DNA of 44,884 nt from Vermamoeba vermiformis (Eukaryota): assembly GCA_045837725.1 (NCBI GenBank), contig JBEWZL010000013.1:620001-664884 (forward strand). The letters run 5' to 3'. Made by a program: the position numbers and the translations under genes. The notes beneath the pieces were generated by a model that ran no database searches, had not been told where the DNA came from, and worked only from the letters and a program-made list of their open reading frames with translations. How positions within the stretch are numbered: the stretch's first letter is position 1; every line of letters starts with the position of its first letter. Positions 1-12,143 of the stretch are shown here, piece by piece.

Positions 1-1078
1 GGATATAATACATTGATGCACGTAGCATCGGGTGGTCATTGTTGATCCAACACCTGTGATAATATAGCACAATCAGATTGAGAATGATCATAACGGAACT
101 TAAGACCGATCTTCAAGAATGTCGCGAGATTGTCTTATTGAATGTAATTACCATGCAATTTTGTCTCCTGGATTTCCTTTACCAAAGCCGTGCATAAGAA
201 ATATGGCTATAATACTAAGAAGTGGAACTCCAAAGCCGACAATAATCGATCCGATTAAAACTTTTCTTAGCTTCGTGTCTGGCCATCCTTTACTAATACC
301 CTGTGATATTATGTTAGTATTTATAGCATACAGTAATATATTTAAGCCATTTGCGGCAAAGAGAGTCAAAGTGAATCCGATCTGTTTTTGGCTTACCAAA
401 TGTAAATACGTTGCTATACAAGATGCCCACAAAATTGATGCGAAATCGAAATATTGCGTCGAGCTAGCCTATTATAATAGAGTTTAAGTATGATTGTCGC
501 AAAATAACAAAAATGAGATTCTCGTTGGTAATTTCGAGCGATTGTTCCGAGTTTGATTAAGAAGTACCTGAATAAGGCATAATATGCTATCAGGTTCATT
601 ATCCATCCTCCAATATAATACACTAATGACGCCCGTCAAGCCTTTGCCCATATTTGATACACTAAAGTAAATTTTCCGTTAGGCCCGATCCGTATTAAAA
701 AAATTATTATTGCATAGAAGTAGGTCATATAATTATTATCTAATATTCTATTAAAGTTTGACGGTATGACTTACCATAAATAAAAAACGAGAGATCGACC
801 ACTTTGACCCTTCTTACTGCACAAAAATAAGATGATAACTACAAATGCGCCTAATGCGCCCAAACAGCTCGAAATAACTCGGCCAAGCCTAAAATAAGCC
901 GATCAGATCTCGCGTGTTGCAAAATAATTTTTGTTCTTCTGCACGCGTCGACAAAATAATATACATGCTTGATTTTAATAATAAATAAATAATTTGTTTG
1001 TGAAGTAGATAATTATTTGTTGCAGGACAATTTCACCTACCGAACTATTTCGATCTCGTGATCTGTCAAATCAGGCAT
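1..1078 (-). CDS. cAMP-receptor-like (Dicty_CAR-type) 7TM GPCR, 5' part; runs off the left edge
   Basis: Spliced translation MPDLTDHEIEIVR|LGRVISSCLGALGAFVVIILFLCSKKGQSGRSLVFYL|..VSNMGKGLTGVIS..CLIQ|ASSTQYFDFASILWASCIATYLHL|..IVGFGVPLL..W|CWINNDHPMLRASMYYI. Successive TM helices, TM3 'S.LW..CIA' and extracellular 'WCWI' motifs, with GT-AG introns. Confidence 0.8.
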
Positions 1079-1220
1079 TATCGCTGTTTAACTTGATAAG
1101 GATTTTATACACACGCAGACATTATATTATATAGATACTGTTGGTTCTGATCAAAAATATTAAAATTAATGCACGTTTGTCCTCGTTACTATTTTTTGCT
1201 CCTTTCCCAAGCGAACACCA

Positions 1221-2197
1221 ATGATGAGTAATATTAAAATCTATTGTATATTGTTATCTATATTATGTATATTTTGGTAAGTATCATCTGCTTTCAGTGA
1301 TACTAGTAATTATGGCTGATCGGCATCTCTTTTAGCCTTGGCGTGCGAAGTGACGAGGATCAACAAAATTACAGCGTAAAAGGCACTATTAAATTTCATA
1401 TTCGAGGCAATGATAGCTTTCACGTCACACCTGAATTGAAGAAGAAAGCTTTAGATGATCTTCGAGTGTATTTGTCTGGCAACGGACTTCACTTCACCAC
1501 TTTGGCGAAAAAAGATGCTTCATTCTCATTGTATCCAATTATACGCTTTATAATAATTTTAAACACGACTCAAATTTTTAAAATATTTTTGCAATATTAC
1601 TTTCCGGATTCAGCCAGACAAATACTACTTTCCGTGATAATATTGTATATTTACTACACGTTATATATTTAATTGATTATTTCCTTGACTCTTTTGCAGT
1701 GACAACGTACCAAGCGGCAATTACATATTGGAAGCGGCCTCCACCATCTTTGATTACCCTCCGGTACGTTACTTAAGGATATTAAAAGCAAACAATAGTA
1801 TTTACGAGGCATTTAGCTTAAAGTCGATGTTGGCGTCAAGAACAAAGGCAAGATCCGTGCCAAAATGCTCGATGATTTGTCAGCTCCTTACCCGATCTCC
1901 ATGGAACCTGTTGGCCGATTGAACTACTTCGAGGTAAGCCTAAGCAATATGTTGTATTATTATAATGTCGTGATCTAATTGCGTTGTTTGTTGTAGGAGA
2001 GAACATCCGGTTTGGCCGTGATGAAAAATTTGTTGTTCTCACCGATGGTTATTATGACGGTGGTTATGCTGGGCATGACTGCTTTCATGCAAAACATTGA
2101 TCCAAACACGTTGAAAGAGATGCAAAACCAAGGCAACGGCGATGCACCCCAACGACAGGACGATCCTGCAGCATTGATTTCGGACTTCATGAACTGA
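1221..2197 (+). CDS. EMC7: ER membrane protein complex subunit 7-like
   Basis: Five exons. Signal peptide MMSNIKIYCILLSILCIF, beta-rich lumenal domain (DNVPSGNYILEAASTIFDYPP|IRVDV..KIRAK, NYFE), and TM segment 'LLFSPMVIMTVVMLGM..MQNIDPNTLKEMQ' typical of the EMC7 C-terminus. Confidence 0.8.
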
Positions 2198-2502
2198 TGT
2201 GACTTAAGTAAATGTACATTTTGCATAAGATCGTGACGCACAGTGCAACGCTAATGTCAGCTTGAAGTCGGTTTAGGTAATTACTGGATGTGGCACTTGC
2301 CCGCTATAACCCTTTGTCACTCAGGCGATTAATCTTGAACTTGCACAAGACCTCACGGAGGAGGAGGTCCTGGCATGGGTCCCATCTGCGTTGCCAAACA
2401 GTAAGTAGAAAGCAAAGCTGGAATGTTTTGCTTTTCGTTGCGATGTTGGATGTTGTCGTTGCTGAGTGGGTCCAGAGGGCGACAAAATCGCAAAGCAACG
2501 TG

Positions 2503-2586
2503 GCACAGATGGTCGAGTGGTTCAAGACGTTAGTTTCAGGTACTAATCCAGGCAACTGGGCGTGGGTTCGAATCCCACTCTGTGCA
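2503..2586 (+). tRNA. tRNA-Leu (anticodon CAG)
   Basis: Acceptor GCACAGA/TCTGTGC plus discriminator A. D-arm TGGTCGAGTGGTTCAAGAC. Anticodon stem TTAGT/ACTAA with loop TT-CAG-GT. Long variable arm TCCAG-GCAA-CTGGG. T-arm GTGGG-TTCGAAT-CCCAC. Confidence 0.95.
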
Positions 2587-2589
2587 CCA

Positions 2590-2597
2590 TTTTTTTT
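2590..2597 (+). terminator. RNA polymerase III oligo-T terminator
   Basis: T8 run just downstream of the tRNA 3' end. Confidence 0.75.
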
Positions 2598-3242
2598 GCC
2601 TTTTTCCTGCCCTGTTCCTCCCTCGCCTTTGTCTGCCTTCCTCGTTCCCTCTCAAGCAACGACAACACACCGGATAATCATTCCGTCGCTCCAAGAATAA
2701 TCCTTGCCATCATGTCGCTCCTGCTAGTTTATCGTCAAAAATCTTTTTTTCGCGCCCATTACGACAGGAACATACTCACGATATATTTCCGAAATGAATA
2801 TATATTATAGAGCTACCCAAATGATATGCTGTTGGTGATATGGCGGTACTAGTGACGTCAGGCACACCGCTTCGTGACTCGTCGGCACTAGCAGCGTCTA
2901 TCGCACGACTAACAAATTTAAACGCATAGACTCAATTTTGCCCTTACTTACGGTGAGTCAACGTGCAGACTGAAAAGTATCTAATCTTTAATTCTAGAGT
3001 TATGCCGAAGCTTTGAGAAACTGCCTTACTTAAGGTGGTTACAAACGCGCTCAGTTGTTAGCGTTATTGCTGTTCTGAAGCAAGTACAACTGGTAGAGTT
3101 GTGGATCGAGGATCCATCCGTCGATCTCAAGCCGTTGCAAAAACAATTGCCGTTTGCATCTACAAAATTAATAAGTCTGGATTATTTAGGTAATTAATTG
3201 TGGAATCCAGTAAAATTCTAACCGACTTTATTTCAGCCGCTA

Positions 3243-4446
3243 CTAAAATATTGATGCGAGCGAAAGAATAACAGTTATTACAGTCAAGTTCACGACAGAT
3301 CCAGCGCTCACTTTTCTGATCGGAGTGGTGACCGGAGCAACGACCGTAGGTGAGGATATTGGCGCCGCAATGGGACCTGAAATCGGAGACGCGACCGGTG
3401 CGGAGGTAGGCTCCGAGATTGGTTCAGAAGACTGTGGCGAGCCAACAGGGGCAGCAATTGGTGCAACGGGAGGAGCAATTGGGGCAATGGGAATAGCAGT
3501 GCAACCATCTGCACCGTAGCCGCTGCCCGAAAAGCCCTCGTTGCAAGCACAAGAGAAGAACGGTTCGGAGGCCTCATCCGTACACGTTGCGTACTGATTG
3601 CACGATCCAGCAGAGTAAGTGCAAGTCTTCGGAATGCACCCTTCAGTAGCGTTGCCAGTATAATAGGTTTTGCACGTGCACTCGGCAGTACCTTGCACGT
3701 TGGCACAGTTCGTGTTCGATCCGCAAGGAGCGGGATCCATTTCGCAAGGAACTGCAACAAAGAAATTAAACACATGTTACCACGTATTATAATGCGAATA
3801 TATACTTACGAAGGCAAGAGCTACCGACGAGAGTCCTTCCAGGAGCGCATCTGCTTCCACGTAAAAGATCTCCTGTTGAGTAACTATCTTTAATTCTAAT
3901 TTTTTTGATAGTCTTTGTAGCGGATTCAAATCCTCTAATGCCGTATGCATTGTCGTTGCCTCCCGCTCCCATCCAAGGAATTAAGTCACAATTAAGCTCT
4001 TGATCAGCGTCGTTATAAATAAATATTCCAGCTGGTGAGGCCGAAGTGCCTGCTACACGCATAGAAAAGTAGCTAATTGGCTCCGAAAAGACAAGGTCGC
4101 AATAACCATTGGAGTCGGCATTGACCGCAATGAACCGGACCGGGGATGCGTCGTTTTCAGGGTACCAATTCTTGGTGTTCGTCCACGCGTAGTCACTTAA
4201 TGAAAATCCTTGTATAGTAACACAGCTCGGCCCTATTAAGGTAACATCCACGGGGCTTCCTGCTGCGGATACGATCTTCGCAGTACCGTCGAAGCCAGTG
4301 GCGTCATCAAAAGTTACAATAAATTCAGGGTTAGCTACTGCCGTGGAAATTTTTGCTGGCTCTGCTTTGGAAACGCAACTTATGGCTGCATCCACTGGAT
4401 AAGCTGATACCAAAAACAAGAAAAAATAAATAACCGCTAACGCCAT
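3243..4446 (-). CDS. Secreted/GPI-anchored surface protein with two EGF-like domains and a Pro/Ser-rich stalk
   Basis: Signal peptide MALAVIYFFLFLVSAYPVDAA. 58-nt intron at 3809-3752. EGF repeats (CGSNTNC..CTCKTYYTGN; CNQYATC..CACNEGFSG), APIAP/SEP stalk and a hydrophobic C-terminal tail. Confidence 0.85.
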
Positions 4447-4662
4447 CGCAACCAGTAACCCCAATTGTGTCGATGCGTTCTCTTTGGTTTGCAATAATTA
4501 CTGGCGGTTTTTTTTTTGGTCTTTTGATTTATTTTTAGCTTCAGTCGGCTTTTGTACCGAAATAAATATTTGTTGTTAGCACGTGAGAATTTCGTGTTTC
4601 ATTTTTCATGTAGTTCTTTGCAATACGTTTGAATATAATTACCACATGTGACTGTAGCAGAA

Positions 4663-5839
4663 ATGGCCAATAAGGACTACGCGCCAGATCTACCAGCAGA
4701 AATTATTGAGCAAATATTTATTTTGATTAAAGACGACTTTGAGGCTATAGAATGCGCTCAATTAATTTCAAAGAATTTTAATGTTGTTTTAAAAGATAAA
4801 TTGAAGCTCGCTCTTGAAGACATCCAAATTTCTGACGGTAAGTGAATTTTTTAATTTTCCATTTAATTGTGGATTAATTGTTCCTCAAAATTATGGTATT
4901 ATAATATTTTTACGTATATTTCAGACGTAAGACGATTTTTCCAACGTCGGTGCACTCTAACTGCAACGCAAGAGATGATAAGAAGCCGGTATGCACTAAC
5001 ACCTGCATTTTAATGTTAAATAACTACTTGCAGCTTTCCGGATAATTTATTTGATGAGCCAGGCGCGGTAGAATTGCGGGTGGTAATGTTAGGGCCGCGA
5101 TCTGGAAAAACTACTTTTTTGCGCAGTGTTTGCAGCGTAAGATAGTTCCTTTTGCCAATTGAAACTAAATCGTATTATAGAGTTATATTCCGCCAGCGCT
5201 CAGTGTAGACTACGTAAGTAGACAAATTTTTCGGACGATCGCATCTAACTTTTCATTCAGACGCACCTGCCTGAGATCAAACTCGACGGACTACTTACTG
5301 AAATAGGATTGGTAAGACAACATTAATATAGTTCAGACGATTCATATTGATCCGCAAGTGGGACTCGCATCGCACACATCTGCGTGAACGGACACAAAAG
5401 CGGTTATATTTGTTAGGCTCAGTAGGCGTATGGTTGTGTTTTTCAGTTGCCAACAGAATGAGCTTCAAAGCACTGCTTGAACAGTGGCTAGATGAGATCA
5501 TTAAGTGCGAAGTCATGTCGTACACGCAGTTCTACTTAGTGGGTATGTGCGCGGATCTAGAGAACAAAAGACAAGTCTCAAGAGAGGAGGCTGAGGTAAA
5601 TCTATATGGAACATAGCACACCCGACATCTATTATAAGTTTAATGTATTATAGCGTGTGGCATTTTGTTTGAGGATGAAGTACTTTGAATGTTCGAGCGT
5701 CGATCCAACAGCACATCCGGTGGATTTCACGACAATATCACGTGATCTATTGCATGCCCGTTGTCACGAACCTCCCTATGAAGACGAGCAACCTAACACA
5801 GCTACTGCACCTTCTCGTCGGTGGTGCCTTCTGTTGTAA
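4663..5839 (+). CDS. F-box domain fused to a divergent Ras-superfamily (Rab/Rho-like) GTPase with C-terminal CaaX
   Basis: Seven in-frame exons. F-box DLPAEIIEQIF..LISKNF. GTPase fold LRVVMLGPRSGKTT, YIPPALSVDY, LWD, LCFSVANRMSF..W, LVGMCADLENKRQVSREEA, YFECSS. Ends CLLL. Confidence 0.8.
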
Positions 5840-5916
5840 ATGATGGCTTGCACTTTTCTATTGTTAGTAAGTAGTACATTTATTTTATAATGAAATAGTT
5901 CTAACTATTGTTAGGA

Positions 5917-6675
5917 TTACAATAAAGCAACAGCGATCATTAACAAAACCATTGAGAGAGCTGTGACGTCCATTGAGGAAGGTTCGAAATCAGCAACACT
6001 TAAGGAGATAACGCTTGAGGCCCAGGATACTAGCGAGTGGTGTCATCGTAGTCTGTGCATTACTCTTCGGACCAGCTCCGATTGGGGCAGCACTTGAGGG
6101 CACCGATTGAGAGGAGCAAACTTCACGCAGTAAATAGTTGCATGACAAACACGTTGAGCCCAGCCTTCTCCATATTGCAAAGTGAAAAGTTGATGACGGC
6201 GCGTGTCATATGCCTAAGGCCATCGTGCAGCAACGCCAGCAGTCGTGGTGAGTTTGGTCCATTCGTTCTTGGCCACATCAATGTTGTGGACCAAATGATA
6301 CTACTGTTAGACTCCCGAAGTACTCCATAGCCTACAGTAATGTTGGGCCAAGTGCGCTTCTGAGCCGTGGTCCCATTGGTTCATGTCCAGATTGAATTCG
6401 CCGTGGGATACGCCTAAGCGGATCCAAAAATGGCGTAAGCACCGACCATGACAATTCGATTGACGAGAAGGCTTGCCATCTTTGTAGTAGTAAGCGAACG
6501 ACGAGTTCTTGCAATCGCGATTGTTGTTCCTAAATATTTCGCGAGGCTAAAAATAACGACAATTAATTAGTAACGAAATGCGATAATAACTATGTTGTAA
6601 TTAAAATTTACTCGCAGCGTCAATGACAAGATTAATGCTCTTTCCTTAGGCAAGAATGTGATCGCGAATTTTCAT
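5917..6675 (-). pseudogene. Probable decayed secreted/GPI-anchored protein gene
   Basis: GPI-like tail SSMDVTALSMVLLMIAVALL*, an intron-like segment at about 6611-6530 and protein-like fragments in shifting frames. The ATG frame closes after 9 codons. Confidence 0.35.
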
Positions 6676-6776
6676 TGTTGCGTTTGGTAATTTTGGATCT
6701 AAAATTCGACACGTTGACATCAAAGACCTTTTTTAGTTCTCACATCAAATAGAAGAACACAAGAGCTATAATAATA

Positions 6777-8219
6777 ATGGAGGCAATTATCAAAGAGATT
6801 TCTGCAACTAGCGCGTCAACATTGCAGGACATCAGATCTAAATTTGACGAGGTCAGTCAAAACTAACTCGTTTATTGCTAAATATATATTAATATTATAC
6901 AGTGGCGCCGTACTAGTCATATTATTGTTTGGAACGAATGGCAGTGCGAACTGCTTTTCAATATGATCTTGCACGGGAACCACGACAAAGAACTGTTGAT
7001 AGAGCTGCCCAAACTTTCGTTAGAGCTGTTTAAATTATTAATGAAGTCACTATTGTCGGTGAGGGAAAGAAAGAGGAGCATCAAGATCAAATTCGTTACT
7101 CCCCTCACAAAAGAAGAAGCAGAGCTATTCTTCGAGATGCTTCGAAAGAAGGTCACAAGCTACACGATAGCACTTAACGATACCATAATATCTGTTGAGG
7201 AAGAGTCATCACCTCTTCGTATGCTAACTTTAAATCAAATTCATGACCACAATGCAACACCTGTGCTAATGGAACACATTGGCAGTATTGAAGGCCTAAC
7301 TGTCAACGAAGGAACGTACTCTGCGAATGGTCGACTACAATTGGTGGATGCGATCCGAAAAAACAAAATTATTCAGCGTTTCGTATCTAATCTCGAATCT
7401 TCAAGATATTTGGCAAAGTCATTAATAGAAGCCTTTAGTACGTCTAAAACTCTTACATCCTTGGCAGTATCGTACCTTCCCACGAGCATTGTTGATTTGT
7501 TGGCTGCATCCACCAGCTTAAAGAGCTTGTGTATCAGTACCTCCAATGCAACGTGCTATTGGCAAGAAGAACTAGTGACTATAGAGAGCATTAACAGCCT
7601 GGCGGAAGGATTAAAAAAGAACACCACTCTGACACATTTACTTCTTCCTGTTGCTCGGATAAATGACGAAATGTTGGGCATATTAGCGACAGCATGGGTT
7701 TATAATACTAATATGAGAATGCGAGAGCTTAATCTTGAAGGAAACAAGTTCACCATTGGTGGATTCATCGATTTTTTAAAAGTTTTGGATAATGCACCGC
7801 GCTTGACACTGCAGACCAATCGTAAAGACGGCTTTGACCTTTATAATGACGCAGCCAGTGAAATGTTCATAGTGCAATGGATTCAACGCCATCAATCGAT
7901 AGAACAAATAGATTGTAAATACAAACGCGATTACTGTTCTGAAATTTCGGAAGCATTGGAAGCAAACAAAAACAAAAATAACGAACTTAAGCAAATACTC
8001 AAGTTACTGCATATAGCTCAAACACTGCGCCACTCAAACTTCACCTCGCTGATCCAAGAAGAATCACTCGTGCCAATCATACTATACTCGTGCCAACAAA
8101 AGATTGACGACAAGAATAGCATTTTTTTCACTCAACATGAAGTCAATCGAATTTGGCAATACGCAAAATTGAATGAAACGGGCTCAAAACAGCTCTTCAA
8201 TTTCGTAAAGAATAAATGA
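6777..8219 (+). CDS. RNI-like leucine-rich repeat protein
   Basis: Short exon 1, intron at about 6852-6902, then the 418-aa ORF with RI-type repeats (LAEGLKKNTTLTHLLL, LRELNLEGNKFT-like). Confidence 0.8.
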
Positions 8220-8253
8220 AATATTTGTGCGCTTCGAATGCAACACTGGCCAG

Positions 8254-9864
8254 ATGAACCTATTAGAGCTGCCCAATGATATTATTATTGTTATATGGAG
8301 CTACGTAACGCATAACCAAGATATTGTTTCGTAAGATCAAATTCGGACATTACTAAATTCAAATACAATTAATAAAATACGGCAAAATAGGCACGATTTT
8401 ATAATAACCGAAAACTAATGTTAATAATCAAATGGTTTATTAATTAATTATTTTAGGTTTAGTTGGACATGTAAAAAATTACAAAGATTGGCATTCGCTG
8501 GTGAGCGAAGCCTAGAATTGACAGGCAAAGATTCTAAGTTTATCCAAAATTATTTGGCGAAGCACGATCTGAGTCGTTTGAAAACTCTAACTATCTGGAC
8601 GAATGATGACATTATCTTTCCATTGGATAAAATACAACAGCTGTCAACGTGTTATAATTTGAAGGAATTTACAATATTTTTCTGGCTAGACATTGAAGAA
8701 TACGAACGGTCGATCGTGGATGCGATCGCTAAAATGACCTGGCTGGAAGCTTTGCAATGCGAACTGCAGATGCCTGAAAATTTGGGCAATCTACTTGTTA
8801 ACCACACGCGACTGTCTAGGCTGGTAAATGGTTCAGAAATTCATGGTAACTGGCTTTTGGATTCACTCTAACTTGTCGTTAACCCGCTTGAAATTTCAGT
8901 CACCGATTATGCAAAGCTGACGCAACTCAAGCACTTAGCTCTGTTATCTGTCTATTCTTATCAAAGTACAATTCAACAAGTGTTTCAATTAACAAATTTG
9001 ACGGATTTGGACATCAGCTACTGCAGCTTTGAGCCTGAGGCACTGCAAGAATTGACAAAACTATCAAATTTGGAAGTGCTAAATATATCTGGCGTACTAC
9101 GCCCTATGGATTTTGATTGGAAATTATTGGTGCCGTTACCCAATCTACGCTCCCTGACAGATCGTCTTGAAGACTTCACTCAACACATCCATATATTGCC
9201 AGCCTTGACCAGATTGACAAAATTGCACGTTGAAGTAGATCGATCCAACCCCATATCAAGTGAGGTGTTCTTTTGCTTAACAAATCTTCAAGATCTGCAT
9301 TACAATGGTGAATTTACCGACGGATCGATCAATCTTGCTCCGTTAGTGAATATAACAGAGCTGCATATTAAAGCAACCATATTTTCAGAACAACTTTTCC
9401 CTCCGCCACACTTGAAAGCATTAAACGTAACTTTTCCACGGGCGATGGTACACATCGACAGATTTTTTGACAGTTTGTGCGACACTACCACGTTGAAAAA
9501 TCTTGGCTTACACCTGTCTATGTCAAAGAACAGTAATTCAGTCCCAAACGAACTAGCTCGTTTTATCACACGGTTGACGAATTTACAATGCTTCAAAATG
9601 AATTTTCCGCTCCTCTCCGGTGCGTTCTCCCTTGCATTTCTCATCGAGCTAATTCTATTGTCAATAGGATTGTGCCGCGTAATGTCGAATTTGCCTTCAT
9701 TGCGTAGTTTACACGTGTCCGTGCTATCGGAATACGACGCTTTACTTTTGAAACAAGCAACGCAGATCGTTGAGCTGTGGGTCGGATCAAAATCAAATAA
9801 CGTTGCTCTACTAAGAGAATTATTGCCCTTTGCTGTGTATCAGTATGACTACGATCTGTTGTAA
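8254..9864 (+). CDS. F-box/LRR-repeat protein
   Basis: N-terminal F-box MNLLELPNDIIIVIWSYV..|FSWTCKKL. LRRs LTNLTDLDIS, LSNLEVLNIS, LPNLRSL. Introns at about 8330-8456, 8824-8899 and 9620-9668. Confidence 0.85.
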
Positions 9865-10097
9865 AGGCGTATAAACAAAGGATTTCCAACACTTTGTACT
9901 ATTTTAGCCGATCGAGCAATGGTACAAAGGGAGACATTCTCAATATCCTACATATTTGCCCTTACTTGTCGGCGCCAAATAATTACGCTGCATAATTATA
10001 GATTTGGCAAAGAAAATTCATTGGCGCCGAGTCGTTCAATTTTTTTTTATCGCAAATTGTAAATCAGAATAACACAACTGCAGATAATATTGTAAAT

Positions 10098-11917
10098 ATG
10101 ACGGAAGATCAAGCGCTATATAACGAGGATCTGTACGCCTTGCTTGAAGTGCCAACAACGGCGACAGATGAGGAGATCCAGAAGTCATACAGAGTTTTGG
10201 CCCGTAAATATCACCCTGATAGGAATAAGGGCAACCCCGAAGCAGGTATGTATCGTAGAAAAATAATTATTAACTAGATGATTTATTCTGAATTTTTTAA
10301 ATTAATTAATTTATTTATTCGCAAATTAAATCAAGCCGCCAAACTTCAAGCATTCAGTGATCATTAATATTAATATAATTTATAATTAGGTGAAATGTTC
10401 AAAAAAATCAAATCAGTAATGCAGATCCTTACAAACGAAGAAAAGCGAAAAGAATACGATAACAAACGATTAGCGCGGTTACTTAAACGTAAGAGAGAAG
10501 AAGCAGATACAGCAGATACTAGAAGAATGAAAGAAAGTAAGTAAAAACGCTAATTAACTGAAATTTTGCGACCCGATCTGATCGGCTTGATTTATTTAGA
10601 GCTATTTGAAAAAGAAAACGCTTATAAACAGAAAAAAGAAGAAGAAGAGGCTATAAAACGACAAACAGAGCTAGACGTAAGTATATTATAAGCCAATAAT
10701 AGTATTAAATTCGATATTAATTAATGTCGTTTTTAGTTGCACCGATTACGCGAAGAAGGACTCAAAAAAATGCGCGAACAACAAGAAAAAGAGGCACAAA
10801 AAATAGCTAAAGTACAGGGAGATCAAGGTAAGTATTGTAGCTCGTATTTATTTCTCGCTACTTAAGTAGCGAGCGGATCTCGCCTTTTCTTCGAATAATC
10901 GTCGATTAATTAAATTACTTACCTATTCATACATTTAGAGAAATTGATTATAAATTTTGATTTCCAAGGCGAGGAAATTACGCATCACCAGATCTGATTT
11001 TTTTCGGAGGCTAATCACGCTTTATTCCGCAGATAATTTAGAGAGCACTATTCAAGTGAAATGGAGTGCAAAAAAGCGAATTTTCAACGAAGATCAATTG
11101 CGCGACATTTTCAGCGCGTTTGGCAAGATTAATTTGATTGGATTTCCGAAAAACAAACGAACCACTGCACTAATTTCATTCGCGTCCGTTTCAGCAGCAG
11201 TAAGTACTTATAAAAATATCTTATAGATATCATACCTATGATTAACAACAGCTCTATTTTACCAAGTCTCAAAAAAAAAATTCGGATCCAAAACTCAAAT
11301 TTACCGCACTGGAGCTGTGCACAATAATTTATAGTCTAATTCATATTATTATCATATCTCTTCGAGTTTATTATATAAAATAATATATCTGGATATTTCT
11401 ATAAGAAATGGACTAACATTTTTTGTCGCAGATTGCAGCGGTGAATGAAATGGGTGACAAGAACGTGTATCATTTTAAAGTCAAAAGAGCCACAAAAAAG
11501 AAATCAGACGCCACTTCTAACGATGAAAACTCGCACAACAAACAACAGCAAAGTCATCCGACTACAGCGTTCCCATTCGCAGCGACTCAAGCTGCTACTA
11601 CTAAGCCTTCAGTATCAGCGAAAGATCATTTAGATTTCGAAAAAATGATTTTAGAAAAAATGCGACAGGCGTCACAACAGCAACAAAAATTGAAAGAAGA
11701 ACAAGAAAAGAAATTACACGAACAACAAAATACTCATACTGGCGATACTACGAATAATTCTGCAAAGGCCCTATTTGCAGCAGGAAGTACTGAAGACAAT
11801 AGCGGTGAGAAAAAAGAGGTGGATCTGAATAGCGAGACGTTGGAAGAAATGAAAATTCGCCAAGCAAAAGAACGAGAAGAACTACGAAGAAAATTACTCG
11901 AAGAAGAAGACCTTTAG
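10098..11917 (+). CDS. DNAJC17: J-domain plus RRM protein (DNAJC17/Cwc23-like spliceosomal co-chaperone)
   Basis: J domain with YHPD ([25 protein letters not shown]), coiled-coil region, RRM-like [17 protein letters not shown], and the '[13 protein letters not shown]' C-terminal motif. Confidence 0.85.
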
Positions 11918-12143
11918 CGCTGGCCTCGTGTGGCAAAGTTTAAATTATTATCGTTCAGTGAAACTAATAAACACAAGTGAACGTGTTCGATCGACTCAAT
12001 TATAAGCCAATGAAATTCTACATAATCAGACCGACCTAAAGCTTTTGAGATGAGCATTTAAAAAGTAAATTTACATATTAATGAGGTTTGTATGTATACA
12101 TCATTTTTGTCCTGGTGCAATTGTTTTTTTCGTATAACCGACT

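Noticed and set aside
2530..2546. tRNA-Sec or UGA suppressor (TTCA in the loop), or a CUG-reassigned tRNA
   Set aside because: The 5-bp stem fixes the loop as TT-CAG-GT. U33, G37, A73 and the 7-bp acceptor stem fit an ordinary tRNA-Leu.
2290..2700. 136-aa ORF spanning the tRNA, and an exon-like piece at about 2325-2400
   Set aside because: It overlaps a clear tRNA gene, has no recognisable domain and cannot be linked into a gene model.
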